NCBI GenBank assembly: GCA_963838925.1
Contig: CAWISW010000001.1
Coordinates: forward strand, 32,001 to 96,000
Source of the DNA: an uncultured Nitrososphaerota archaeon
GTDB lineage: Archaea; Thermoproteota; Nitrososphaeria; Nitrososphaerales; Gagatemarchaeaceae
Length of the DNA stretch: 64,000 nt
Direction of reading: 5' to 3'
Made by a program: the position numbers and the translations under genes. Positions 8,977 through 18,622 of the stretch are shown here, piece after piece (within the stretch, counting starts at the first letter, position 1; the number at the start of each line of letters is the position of its first letter). The notes below the pieces were generated by a model. That model searched no databases. It was not told the DNA's origin and saw only the letters and a program-made list of their open reading frames with translations.

Positions 8977-10395
8977 ATGGCCCAGCGCTCTGTCTCTCGC
9001 TTCACCGAGGAGCAGGTGGAGTCGCTCTCCAAGGGCCTGGGAGAGCCCGCTTGGCTCAAGGACTACAGGCTCGCGGCACTCGAGAGCTTCTCCTCCCTAC
9101 CACTGGAGACCTCCCCCCTCTACAAGAAGTACGAGGGCGTCTCGGCCTTCGACCCCGAGCAGTTCTCCGTCGCGCGACAAGACGAGCCCGTCGACCTCAG
9201 GTCGCACTTCGAGGGCTTCCTCACGGGAAAAGAGACCAACATCATCCTCCAGGGCAACTCCACCACCGTCCACGTAGACCTGGACGCAGAGTTCAGGAAG
9301 AGCGGCGTAGAGGTCCTCACCATCCGCGAGGCGGTCGAGAGGCACGAGGCTCTCGTGCGGGAGCTCCTCGCAAGGAGGCTCGCAGACCCCTCGAGCGAGA
9401 GATACGCCGCTTTCAACGCCGCATTCTTCAACACGGGCACCTTCATCCGCGTCCCCAAGGGGGTCGTCGCCCCCCAGGCGCTGAGGCGCATGCTCGTGAC
9501 GCGCGACCCCGCCTCGAGCATGGTCGAGATGACGATAATCTACGCGGAGGAGTCATCGAAGTTCAGCTACCTTGAGGAGTCCTACAGCGCGGAGAGCAAG
9601 AGCCCCTTCCTCGTGAGCTCGACGCTCGACGTCTTCGCGGAGACGGGCGCCCACGTCGACACCAGCAAGCTCCAGCTCCTCGACGACAAGGCCGTCTACC
9701 TCTCCAACGAGGGCGTCTCGGTCGCCACCAACGCGAAGGTCTCGATGGCCTCGATCCTGCTCGGCGGGAAGATCACCCGGTCGAGGTTCAACCTTGGGCT
9801 CAACGGCAGGGGCTCCTCGTTCGAGGGATACCAGGTCTTCTTCTGCGACGGCGAGCAGAGGTACGACCTCGACGCCAACCTGACCCACAACTCCCCCGAC
9901 TCGGCCGGGTCGCTCACCGCGAGGGGAGTCCTGAAGGGTTCGTCCCAATCAATCTTCAAGGGCATGGTCAAGATCAAGACGGGGGCGAAGAACTCGCACT
10001 CCTACCTAGCCCACCACGCGATGCTGCTGGACAAGAGGGCACGCTCGGACGCCATCCCCGGCCTCGACATCGACACGAACGAGGTGAAGGCGACGCACTC
10101 GGCGTCGGTCGCCCAGATAGACGACGAGCAGATCTTCTACCTGATGGCGAGGGGGCTTCCGCGCGACGAGGCGAAGAAGCTCATCGTGCTGGGGTTCTTC
10201 GAGCCCGTCCTCTCGCGCATACCGATCGAGTTCGCTCGCGAGGGGGCGAAGTTCACAGTCGAGGGCAAGTGGTCTGGCGAGCGGAGGCGCCTCGTGGACA
10301 GAGAGACCCTCCTCGCTCTGACGGGAGAGGTCCCCGACGAGGAACGGCAGTCCGCCGGCGACATCTTCGAGCGCCACTACAAGTACAGGGGCTAA
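8977..10395 (+). CDS. sufD: Fe-S cluster assembly protein SufD
   Basis: SufBD beta-helix, AIPGLDIDTNEVKATHSASV, QIFYLMARG; start 8977 (ATG) or 8968 (GTG). Confidence 0.9.
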   Translation: MAQRSVSRFTEEQVESLSKGLGEPAWLKDYRLAALESFSSLPLETSPLYKKYEGVSAFDPEQFSVARQDEPVDLRSHFEGFLTGKETNIILQGNSTTVHVDLDAEFRKSGVEVLTIREAVERHEALVRELLARRLADPSSERYAAFNAAFFNTGTFIRVPKGVVAPQALRRMLVTRDPASSMVEMTIIYAEESSKFSYLEESYSAESKSPFLVSSTLDVFAETGAHVDTSKLQLLDDKAVYLSNEGVSVATNAKVSMASILLGGKITRSRFNLGLNGRGSSFEGYQVFFCDGEQRYDLDANLTHNSPDSAGSLTARGVLKGSSQSIFKGMVKIKTGAKNSHSYLAHHAMLLDKRARSDAIPGLDIDTNEVKATHSASVAQIDDEQIFYLMARGLPRDEAKKLIVLGFFEPVLSRIPIEFAREGAKFTVEGKWSGERRRLVDRETLLALTGEVPDEERQSAGDIFERHYKYRG

Positions 10396-10403
10396 CCGAG
10401 GAG

Positions 10404-10712
10404 TTGCCCCGATTCGTGAAGGCCCTCGAGCTGTCCAAGCTCTCACCGGGCACGATGGCAGGGGCAGAGGTCGAGGGAAAGCACCTCCTGCTCTCCAACC
10501 TCGAAGGACAGGTCTACGCAGTGGACGGCGTCTGCACCCACGAGGAGGCTCTCCTCGCCCAGGGGTTCATGATAGAGGAGCGGGTGGTCTGCCAACTACA
10601 CCTCTCGCAGTTCGACCTCAGGACGGGCGAGGTGTACAACCCTCCCGCCACGGAGCCTCTGAGGGTTTACAATGTTAAAATAGAGGACGGCGGCATTTTC
10701 GTAGAGATCTAG
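10404..10712 (+). CDS. Rieske-type [2Fe-2S] ferredoxin
   Basis: CTH...CQLH...FDLRTG; likely TTG start at 10404. Confidence 0.9.
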   Translation: MPRFVKALELSKLSPGTMAGAEVEGKHLLLSNLEGQVYAVDGVCTHEEALLAQGFMIEERVVCQLHLSQFDLRTGEVYNPPATEPLRVYNVKIEDGGIFVEI

Positions 10713-10731
10713 GGCGCTCCGTGAAAGAAGA

Positions 10732-11976
10732 ATGCTAGAATCGACCAAGGCCGTTGACGTGGAAAAGGTCAAGACCGACTTTCCCATCCTGAGCAGGAAG
10801 GTGAACGGCAAGCCGCTGGTCTACCTCGACAACGCGGCGACGACGCAAAAGCCGAAGGTCGTTATAGACGCGCTCGTCGACTACTACTCGAGGTACAACG
10901 CCAACGTCCACCGCGGCGTCCACCAGCTGAGCATCGAGGCAACCGAGACCTACGAGAACTCCCGGAAGAAGGTGGCCAAGTTCATCAACTCGCCCTCTCC
11001 CCAGGAGGTCATCTTCACGAGGGGGACCACCGAGTCGATAAACCTGGTCAAGTTCGCCTGGGGCGGGAAGTTCGTCAAGCGGGGGGACCTGATCTTGGTC
11101 ACGCTCATGGAGCACCACAGCAACATGGTGCCCTGGCAGCTCCTCGCGAAAGAGAAGGGAGCCAGGCTGGAGTATGTACCGATAACATCCGAAGGACGCA
11201 TCGACGTCGCGGAGCTCGAAAGGCTGCTGGGGCTCTCTCCGTCCCTCTTTGCTTTCACCCATTGCTCGAACGTCCTCGGGACGATCAACGACGCTGAGAA
11301 GCTCTGCTCCATGGCCAAGAAGGCCGGCGCGACGACGTTGGTTGACGCCGCGCAGTCTGCCCCCCACATGCCCGTCGACGTCCAGAAGATCGGCTGCGAC
11401 TTCTTCGCGTTCTCGGGCCACAAGATGCTCGGCCCTACCGGGATCGGCGCCCTCTTCGGGAGGAAGGACATTCTCAACGCGATGGACCCCTTCCAGTCGG
11501 GCGGCGACATGATCAAGGAGGTTCACCAGGACGGCGCCAGGTGGAACGACATCCCCTACAAGTTCGAGGCGGGCACGACCAACATCGCCGACGCCATCGG
11601 GCTCGGGGTCGCGGTAGAGTACCTCACTGCCATCGGGATGGAGAACGTGAGGCGGCACGAGGTCGACCTGCTGAGGTACGCCTTCGAGAAGCTCTCACGC
11701 ATACCCAACCTCAAGATCTACGGCCCCATGGACCTCGAGTCGAGGGGCGGGGTGATCTCGTACAACCTCGCCGACATCCACCCGCACGACATGGCGTCGA
11801 TCCTCGACGAGGAGGGAGTGGCGATCCGCTCCGGGCACCACTGCGCGCAGCCCCTGATGGAGCACCTCAACGTCCCCGGGACGAGCCGCGCCAGCTTCTA
11901 CGTCTACAACTCCACGAGCGACATCGACGCGTTCATAGGAGCCCTCCTAAAGGCCAAGAGCGTGTTCTGCGTTTGA
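10732..11976 (+). CDS. sufS: Cysteine desulfurase SufS (group II)
   Basis: YLDNAATTQKP, SGHKMLGPTGIG, RSGHHCAQP. Confidence 0.96.
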   Translation: MLESTKAVDVEKVKTDFPILSRKVNGKPLVYLDNAATTQKPKVVIDALVDYYSRYNANVHRGVHQLSIEATETYENSRKKVAKFINSPSPQEVIFTRGTTESINLVKFAWGGKFVKRGDLILVTLMEHHSNMVPWQLLAKEKGARLEYVPITSEGRIDVAELERLLGLSPSLFAFTHCSNVLGTINDAEKLCSMAKKAGATTLVDAAQSAPHMPVDVQKIGCDFFAFSGHKMLGPTGIGALFGRKDILNAMDPFQSGGDMIKEVHQDGARWNDIPYKFEAGTTNIADAIGLGVAVEYLTAIGMENVRRHEVDLLRYAFEKLSRIPNLKIYGPMDLESRGGVISYNLADIHPHDMASILDEEGVAIRSGHHCAQPLMEHLNVPGTSRASFYVYNSTSDIDAFIGALLKAKSVFCV

Positions 11977-12380
11977 GCAGCGACTTCTACCGGGAGCTGA
12001 TCCTGGACTACTACAGGAACCCGAGGAACTTCGGGAAGCTCGACCCCCACGACATCGACGCTAGGGACACCAACCCTCTTTGCGGCGACGAGATCGAGAT
12101 GCAGATCAAGGTCTCTCCTAACAAGGACGCCATCGAGGAGATAAGGTTCATCGGCAAGGGCTGCGCCATAAGCCAGGCATCCGCCTCGATGCTCACCGAG
12201 ATGGCGAAGGGCAAGCCCCTCGAGTGGGTGAAAGGCCTCTCCCGGGACGACATCCAGAAGATGCTGGGGACTTCCGACCTGGGGCCGGCCAGGATAAAGT
12301 GCGCCATGCTCTCCGTGAAGGTGCTCAAGACCGGAGTGTACGGCTACCTCGGCGCGCAGTACACAGAGCCCACCGAGTGA
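11973..12380 (+). CDS. sufU: U-type scaffold / sulfur-transfer protein (SufU/IscU family)
   Basis: NPRNFG, NPLCGD, GCAISQASAS, RIKCA; TTGA overlap with sufS stop. Confidence 0.88.
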   Translation: MSSDFYRELILDYYRNPRNFGKLDPHDIDARDTNPLCGDEIEMQIKVSPNKDAIEEIRFIGKGCAISQASASMLTEMAKGKPLEWVKGLSRDDIQKMLGTSDLGPARIKCAMLSVKVLKTGVYGYLGAQYTEPTE

Positions 12381-12382
12381 CG

Positions 12383-13186
12383 CTACGGGTTCTCCAAGAG
12401 CTCCTTGTTCGGGTTGGGGAAGACCTTCGCCCCGGCCCTCGGCTTCGACCTCCTCCTGAGAGGCGACCTCGCTGACATCACGTGCCTCTTCAGCAGCTGG
12501 ATGCCCAGCGCAGGGTCGACGCCCTTGGGACAGACCGCGGAGCATGTCCCCGCGAAGTGGCACCTCCACACGCCGTGCTCGGTGTCGACAAGGTCAAGCC
12601 TCTCCTCTCCCCCTTCGTCCCTCACGTCCTGCGTGAACCTGTACGCCTGGGCCAGCGCCTGCGGCCCGGGGAAGCGGGCGTCCGTGGAGCTGGTGGGGCA
12701 CGACGAGCTGCAGAGCCCGCACTTTATGCAATAGGTGAACTGGACGATGGAGTCTAGCTCCTCGGGAGTCATCAGATACTCGCCGCTGGGGGACTCCTGC
12801 TCCTGCGGGTCGCCCTTCCTCACGAGTCCCGGGGAGATCCCCGCGTGCTTGTGGAAGAAGGACTCCAGGTCGACGACGAGGTCCCGCACTATCGGGAAGT
12901 TGTCCATGGGCTGCACCGTTATCCTCCCCCGACCGAGGTCGGCCACCTGAGTCTCGCAGGCAAGGCGCGGCCTGCCGTTGATCTTCATCCCGCAGGAGCC
13001 GCAGGAGGCCATCCTGCACGAGAAGCGCAGGGCGATCCCGTGGTCGATGGAGTCCTTCGCGTAGAGCAGCGCGTCGAGCACGGTCATCCCAGGCTTCACA
13101 GGGACGGAGTACTCCTCCACGTGCGGGCCCTTCTCGAGCGAAGGGTCAAACCTCTGGATCCTGAGCGCCAGCTTTCCCTCGTCCAT
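12383..13186 (-). CDS. sdhB: Succinate dehydrogenase iron-sulfur subunit
   Basis: SCRMASCGSC, CIKCGLCSSSCP, CHFAGTCSAVCP. Confidence 0.95.
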   Translation of the reverse strand: MDEGKLALRIQRFDPSLEKGPHVEEYSVPVKPGMTVLDALLYAKDSIDHGIALRFSCRMASCGSCGMKINGRPRLACETQVADLGRGRITVQPMDNFPIVRDLVVDLESFFHKHAGISPGLVRKGDPQEQESPSGEYLMTPEELDSIVQFTYCIKCGLCSSSCPTSSTDARFPGPQALAQAYRFTQDVRDEGGEERLDLVDTEHGVWRCHFAGTCSAVCPKGVDPALGIQLLKRHVMSARSPLRRRSKPRAGAKVFPNPNKELLENP

Positions 13187-13537
13187 CTATGCCACCTGCC
13201 CCGTGGCCGCGAGGACCACCGTCCTTGTCCCGTACGCGATCGTCACGAGCGCCGCGACCAGGACGACCCAGTTCACGCCCTTCGTCCACCCCGAGCTCTG
13301 CCGCCACTCTAGAAGGATGATCCGGAGCCCGTTGAACCCGTGCGCGAGGACCACCACGAGCAGCATCTCCAGCAGTGCCCCGTCCACCGCATTGCGGTAC
13401 AGCGAGAGGACTCGCTGGAACGAGACGGCCTCGCCGTAAGGGACCAGGACCCCCTGCATCAGGAGGTGGACCGTCACGAGAACGATCGCGAGACCTGCCG
13501 TGAAGTACTGTAGCTGCATCATTGTGGACTCCCTCAC
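13187..13537 (-). CDS. sdhD: Succinate dehydrogenase membrane anchor subunit
   Basis: 3 TM, HGFNGLRIIL heme-ligand motif, operon context. Confidence 0.85.
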   Translation of the reverse strand: MRESTMMQLQYFTAGLAIVLVTVHLLMQGVLVPYGEAVSFQRVLSLYRNAVDGALLEMLLVVVLAHGFNGLRIILLEWRQSSGWTKGVNWVVLVAALVTIAYGTRTVVLAATGQVA

Positions 13538-13546
13538 GCTCGCCCA

Positions 13547-14035
13547 TCACCCAAAGAGTATCCCTCCCGAATAGAGCGCCGCCAGTATCGCGCCCACTAT
13601 GGCGACCCAGATGAGGTGCCTCTGGATGGTCCTCAGCGACTTGGCCTTGTACGGATAGTCGGGCCTGGCGGGCCTGTCGAATATCACACCGTACTCGGCG
13701 AGCATCAACCGAATCCCGTTTAACCCGTGGTAGACGACTACGAGGACGACCATCACCAGGACGAGGTGACCGAGCACGTTCTCCGTCAGCCCGAGGTCGA
13801 GCGACCAGCTCGATGCGCTCGGCCCCTCCCCGAACGGCCCTCCCACGAAGAAGCTTGTGTCGCCCACGTGGGCCACCACGTAGGCCAGGGCGGCCAGCCC
13901 GGTGACCCTCTGGAAGACGTACGCCCACCTCTCGATGTTGAGGTGGAGCGGGTTCATCCAGCCCGACACTCCCCTCTTGTTGGAGGCGGCTTTCGCGCCT
14001 GGGTCGGCCTCGGCGTCCTGCCCTCGCTCTTCCAG
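13547..14035 (-). CDS. sdhC: Succinate dehydrogenase cytochrome b subunit (probable CTG start)
   Basis: QRVTG, AHV, YHGLNGIR; SD GAGGTGA 5 nt before CTG at 14035; alternative GTG start at 13969. Confidence 0.85.
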   Translation of the reverse strand: MEERGQDAEADPGAKAASNKRGVSGWMNPLHLNIERWAYVFQRVTGLAALAYVVAHVGDTSFFVGGPFGEGPSASSWSLDLGLTENVLGHLVLVMVVLVVVYHGLNGIRLMLAEYGVIFDRPARPDYPYKAKSLRTIQRHLIWVAIVGAILAALYSGGILFG

Positions 14036-14076
14036 CTAGGTCACCTCTCCTTCTCGGGTCGCGTTTTCTATAAAAG

Positions 14077-15804
14077 TTAGTAGCGCCTCTCGGCGGGCTG
14101 GTACCGCGTTATCCTGACGGGCGAATACCCTAGCTTCACGTGCCCGCCTTCGGTCTCTTCGGGCGAGAAGTGCGCCAGGCTGTGCTTCAGCCAGTTGACG
14201 TCGTCCCTCTTGGGGAAGTCCCTCCTCGCGTGCGCTCCTCTCGTCTCCTGCCTCGCGAACGCCGACCGCAGTATCGCCTCAGCCGCGAGCAGCATCGCCT
14301 CGACCTCGAGGACGTTCGTGAGGTTCGTGTTGTATCGCCTGCTCCTGTCGTCGCAGTGCAGGAAGTCCTTCTCCCTGAGGGCGGCTATCTCCTTGATGGC
14401 GCCCGCGATCCCGTCCCCGGTCCTGTAGACGAACGCCCCCCTGTCCATCGCCCTCTGGGCGGAGTCCCTGACGTCGTAGGGGTTCGTCCCGCCTCGCCCG
14501 TGGAATATCCCGTCGAAGACCCTCCTCTCTTCCTTGTCGACCGCCTCCTTGGGGACCGCTCCCGCGCCCCTGGCAGCTGCGTGCCGCGCGGCCGCCTCGC
14601 CGGTTATCCTCCCCCAGACGAGGCACTCCGCGGTCGAGTTGGCGCCCAGCCTGTTCGCGCCGTTGATGCTAACGCACGCAGCCTCGCCCGCGGCCCAGAG
14701 CCCCTTGACCCGCGTCGCGCCGTCGATGTCGACGTCGAGCCCGCCCATCATGTAGTGGCAGACCGGCCTCACCGGGAGCGGCTCCTCGACGGGGTCGATG
14801 CCCCTGAACTTCATCGCGATCTCCCTTATCCCGGCGAGCCTCTCCTTCACCTTCTCCGCGCCTATCCTTGTGAGGTCGAGCTGGACATAGTCGTACCCCG
14901 TCGTCTCGTCCTTGAAGCCCCTCCCCTGCTCGACCTCGGTCATTATCGCGCGCGAGACGACGTCTCGCGAAGCCAGCTCGAGCTTCTCCGGGGCGTACCT
15001 CCCCATGAACCTCTCCCCGTCCTTGTTCAGGAGCACCCCGCCGTCCGCCCTCGCGCCCTCGGTGATGAGTATCCCCGAGGGGATGAGCCCCGACGGGTGG
15101 AACTGGACGAACTCCATGTCCTTCAGGGGGACGCCCGCCCGGTACCCCATCGCGATGCCGTCGGGCGTCGAGCTGTGCCCGTAGGTCGCGAAGCTGAACA
15201 GCCTCCCCGCGCCCCCGGTCGCGATTATCCCTGCCTTCGCGGAGACGGCGAGCAGCTCGCCGGTCTTCATCTCTATCGCGGTGAGGCCCCTGAACTCCCC
15301 GTCCTCAACGAGCAGGGAGGTCGCGAACCACTCCTGGTAGAACGTGATGTTGGGGTGCTTGGTGCAGGTGTCGTAGAGCGTCTGCATCTCGTGGAACCCT
15401 ACCTTGTCCTCGGCGAAGGTCGCCCTCGGGTGGCTGTATCCGCCGAACCATCTCTGCGCGATCCTCCCGTCGTCCCTCCTCGACCACGGCATCCCCCAGT
15501 GCTCGAGCTGGTAGATCTCCGCGGGCATCATCTTGACGAACCGCTCTATCGCGTCCTGGTCGCCAAGGTAGTCTGAGCCCTTCACCGTGTCGAAGACGTG
15601 CGACTCGAACGAGTCGCCCAGCTCAGGGTAGAGCACCGCCGCCGTCCCGCCCTCGGCGCTGACCGAGTGGGACCGCATCGCCTGCAGCTTCGTGACCACT
15701 GCCACGTCGGCCTTCCCCGCGCTAGCGCGCGACGCCTCGATGGCCGCGCGCAGACCCGCGATACCGGAGCCGATGATCACAACGTCGTGGCCCGTGCGGT
15801 CCAG
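14077..15804 (-). CDS. sdhA: Succinate dehydrogenase flavoprotein (probable CTG start)
   Basis: IIGSGIAG, RSHSVSAEGG, QFHPSG, HYMMGG, GANRLGANS; SD GGAGG 8 nt before CTG at 15804. Confidence 0.95.
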   Translation of the reverse strand: MDRTGHDVVIIGSGIAGLRAAIEASRASAGKADVAVVTKLQAMRSHSVSAEGGTAAVLYPELGDSFESHVFDTVKGSDYLGDQDAIERFVKMMPAEIYQLEHWGMPWSRRDDGRIAQRWFGGYSHPRATFAEDKVGFHEMQTLYDTCTKHPNITFYQEWFATSLLVEDGEFRGLTAIEMKTGELLAVSAKAGIIATGGAGRLFSFATYGHSSTPDGIAMGYRAGVPLKDMEFVQFHPSGLIPSGILITEGARADGGVLLNKDGERFMGRYAPEKLELASRDVVSRAIMTEVEQGRGFKDETTGYDYVQLDLTRIGAEKVKERLAGIREIAMKFRGIDPVEEPLPVRPVCHYMMGGLDVDIDGATRVKGLWAAGEAACVSINGANRLGANSTAECLVWGRITGEAAARHAAARGAGAVPKEAVDKEERRVFDGIFHGRGGTNPYDVRDSAQRAMDRGAFVYRTGDGIAGAIKEIAALREKDFLHCDDRSRRYNTNLTNVLEVEAMLLAAEAILRSAFARQETRGAHARRDFPKRDDVNWLKHSLAHFSPEETEGGHVKLGYSPVRITRYQPAERRY

Positions 15805-15980
15805 CGCGCAATCCTCCTTCCGGATGCAGACCTCGCAAAGGCGTTAAACTTACTGTCAGGCCTGGGAAAACCGAAAACACATTGCATGGCGTCCGCTAAG
15901 AAAGCTGGTTACTACCACCCCATCGTTGAGTTAGCTTTATATCCACTACGCAAGCCGGTCGGAGATTACGGTACGCGCTA

Positions 15981-16445
15981 GTGCCTCACTTCGGATACAG
16001 TTTCGAGGGTTACGACCCCGCGGTTCACGTCAGGGCTAGCGGGAGAGAGGTCAACATCTCGCCCAAGGCGGCGCGAGAGATTTGCACCACGCTCAAAGGC
16101 ATGACACTCACAAAAGCGATCACACTCATGGAGACGGTAGAGGCGATGAAGGCACCCGTCGCATTCCGGCGCCACAAGCTGAAGGTCGGGCACAGGAGCG
16201 AGCTGGTCGGGTTCCCCACGGGCTCCTACCCGGTGAAGGCGGCCGGGAAGATCCTCATCGTCCTACAGAACCTCAGGGGGAACTGCGAGTTCAAGGGCTT
16301 AGACCCGGAGAGGGTGCGCCTCATCCATGCTTCCGCGAAGGCGGGCAGGTCGATAAAGGACTACGTCCCGAGGGCGCACGGTCGAAGCAGCCCGAACTTC
16401 CACCAGCTGGTGCACGTCGAGTTCGTGGCGAGGGAGGCTCAGTAG
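15981..16445 (+). CDS. rpl22: 50S ribosomal protein L22
   Basis: ISPKAAREIC, YPVKAA, PRAHGRSS. Confidence 0.95.
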   Translation: MPHFGYSFEGYDPAVHVRASGREVNISPKAAREICTTLKGMTLTKAITLMETVEAMKAPVAFRRHKLKVGHRSELVGFPTGSYPVKAAGKILIVLQNLRGNCEFKGLDPERVRLIHASAKAGRSIKDYVPRAHGRSSPNFHQLVHVEFVAREAQ

Positions 16446-16451
16446 AGGGTC

Positions 16452-17390
16452 ATGTCTCAGGTCGAAAAGAGCGCCGTCAAGAGCATACTCTCGATGCACA
16501 GGACATACGCTGACCTCGACGAGTACCTTGAGGCCCAGTTGAAGGAGGCTGGCTACGCAGGCGTCGACGTCCAGAGGAATCCGGTGGGCACCAGGATCAC
16601 GGTGTTCGTCACGAGGCCCGGCCTCGCGATAGGGAGGCGCGGGACTGGGATCAAGGAGCTAACCGAGAGGGTCGCACAGAAGTTCAACCTCCCCAACCCG
16701 CAGATAGCGGTCTCAGAGGTGGACAGGCCGGAGCTCAATCCCCGGATAATGGCGCAGAGGACCGCGCAGATCGTCGCCCGGGGGACTGCGTTCAGGCGCG
16801 CGGCCAACTGGACGATGACCACCATCATGGAGGCGGGAGCGATGGGGTGCGAGATCGGGGTCGCAGGGAAGCTGAGGAGCGACCGCGCCCACAAGGAAAA
16901 GTACAGGATGGGGGTTGTCCCGAAGAGCGGAGAGACCGCCGACGAGATAGTCAGGTCGGCCACCACCGACGTTCTGCTAAAGCTAGGGTTATTCGGCATA
17001 AAGGTCAAGATCGCGATCGCCGACGCCATTCCGCCTCCGATAGAGTTCGCGGTGCCCAACGAGGAGGCGCCGCAGGCCCCCGAGGCTCCGGCGGCCGCAC
17101 CCGCTCCGGCTCCCGCTCCCCAGGCGCCCGCACCCAGGCCGGTCGCCGCTGAGCCGATGGTCGCGCCTGCCCCCACGGTAGTGGTCGAAGCTCCGGCTCC
17201 AGAGGCACCCGCGGCACCCTCCGCGCCGGCAGCGGAGGCAGAAGCGGTCCCCGCGAAGAAGGCGACCAGAGCGAAGCGCGCGACAAAGGCCAAGGCCGCG
17301 CCCACGGCCGGGACGAAGAAGAGGGCCACGAGGAAGAAGGCAGTGAAGGAGACCAAAGAGGAAGAACAAAATGCCAAGAGTGAAAGCTAA
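16452..17390 (+). CDS. rps3: 30S ribosomal protein S3 with Pro/Ala/Lys-rich C-terminal extension
   Basis: RPGLAIGRRG KH motif, GKLRSDRA, GLFGIKVKI. Confidence 0.95.
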   Translation: MSQVEKSAVKSILSMHRTYADLDEYLEAQLKEAGYAGVDVQRNPVGTRITVFVTRPGLAIGRRGTGIKELTERVAQKFNLPNPQIAVSEVDRPELNPRIMAQRTAQIVARGTAFRRAANWTMTTIMEAGAMGCEIGVAGKLRSDRAHKEKYRMGVVPKSGETADEIVRSATTDVLLKLGLFGIKVKIAIADAIPPPIEFAVPNEEAPQAPEAPAAAPAPAPAPQAPAPRPVAAEPMVAPAPTVVVEAPAPEAPAAPSAPAAEAEAVPAKKATRAKRATKAKAAPTAGTKKRATRKKAVKETKEEEQNAKSES

Positions 17391-17577
17391 GTCGTTGAGA
17401 GAGCAGGAGCCCAATCAGCTCAAGGACAGGCTCTTTGAGCTGCGAGGGGAGCTCGCTAGGCTGAAGAGCCTCACCGCGAGGGGAATGATACAGAAGCAGA
17501 GCGGCGCCCAGAGGCGCGTGAAGCGGGACATCGCCAGGCTGCTGACCATCATGAAGGAGAAGGGTACCCGCGAATGA
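17371..17577 (+). CDS. rpl29: 50S ribosomal protein L29
   Basis: LFELRGEL...KRDIARLLT; position. Confidence 0.9.
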   Translation: MPRVKAKSLREQEPNQLKDRLFELRGELARLKSLTARGMIQKQSGAQRRVKRDIARLLTIMKEKGTRE

Positions 17578-17840
17578 GCTTCATCATCGGTGAGGACGTC
17601 AGGATCGCAGCCGCGAGGGACACCGTCCTCCTCGGCTTGAAGGGGAAGGTCGTGCTCGAGACCATGCACACGCTGACGATCAGGACCGACGCGAAGCGGA
17701 AGCTCACCCTGCCAAAGGCTGGGAGCGCTCTTCAGCTCTCGGACGGCACCATCGTCATAGGGAACGACCTCGAAGGAAGGCTCGAGGACAGGATCGCGAT
17801 TAGCAAGAGACCAGGTCACGTCGGAGGGAGCAAGAGATGA
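17574..17840 (+). CDS. rnp1: RNase P protein component 1 (Rpp29/Pop4)
   Basis: [17 protein letters not shown]; position between rpl29 and rps17. Confidence 0.85.
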   Translation: MSFIIGEDVRIAAARDTVLLGLKGKVVLETMHTLTIRTDAKRKLTLPKAGSALQLSDGTIVIGNDLEGRLEDRIAISKRPGHVGGSKR

Positions 17841-18163
17841 GCTCCGCAGGCCTCGACATGGCGCCACCGAAGCGCGCCTGCGAAGACTCGCGCTGCCCGT
17901 TCCACGGCCATCTCAAGGTGCGCGGAAAGGTCCTGGTCGGGACGATCGTCTCTCTCTCAAACAAGCAGACGGTGGTCATCCAGAGGGAGCTGCTGCAGCG
18001 CGTCCCGAAGTACAACCGTTACGAGAGGAGGAGGAGCAAGGTCCACGCGCACCTCCCGCCCTGCGTGGAGGCAAAGGAGGGCGACATCGCGACCATCGCC
18101 GAGTGCAGGCCGCTCGCGAAGACCGTGTCTTTCGTCGTAGTCCAGACGAGGGGAGCTGACTAG
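17837..18163 (+). CDS. rps17: 30S ribosomal protein S17
   Basis: [31 protein letters not shown]. Confidence 0.95.
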   Translation: MSSAGLDMAPPKRACEDSRCPFHGHLKVRGKVLVGTIVSLSNKQTVVIQRELLQRVPKYNRYERRRSKVHAHLPPCVEAKEGDIATIAECRPLAKTVSFVVVQTRGAD

Positions 18164-18165
18164 AG

Positions 18166-18600
18166 ATGTCCACGAAGTCCAGAGCGGTCTCTGCGAAGGG
18201 AGTCGAGGAGTTCAAGACGTACATCACCCGCTCCATACCACTCAACGCGGTCATCGTCTGCGCCGACAACACGGGCGCGAAGACCCTGAAGGTCATAATG
18301 GTCACGAGGGCCAAGACGAGGCTCGCCAGGTACCCGTCCGCCTCGGTCGGGGACCACATCCAGTGCACCGTCAAGAGGGGCCCACCCGACCTGAGGAACC
18401 AAGTCTGGGGCGCAGTGGTGATAAGGCAAAAGTACGCCGTCAGAAGGGTCAGCGGGCAGAGGATCTGCTTCGAGGACAACGCGGCGGTGCTCGTGACCCC
18501 AGAGGGCGAGATGAAGGGCACCGACATCAAGGGCCCGGTCGCCAGCGAAGCCGCGGAGAAGTGGCCTAGGATCGCCAACCTGGCGTCCGTGGTGGTATAG
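18166..18600 (+). CDS. rpl14: 50S ribosomal protein L14
   Basis: CADNTGAK, FEDNAAV, IKGPVA. Confidence 0.95.
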   Translation: MSTKSRAVSAKGVEEFKTYITRSIPLNAVIVCADNTGAKTLKVIMVTRAKTRLARYPSASVGDHIQCTVKRGPPDLRNQVWGAVVIRQKYAVRRVSGQRICFEDNAAVLVTPEGEMKGTDIKGPVASEAAEKWPRIANLASVVV

Positions 18601-18622
18601 AAAAAGAGGGAATGATATAGAA

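Noticed and set aside
14140-15576. Long antisense ORFs (also 24898-26361, 52966-54246, 56816-57949, 58009-59289)
   Set aside because: Shadow frames of GC3-rich genes; no motifs, and fully overlap conserved genes
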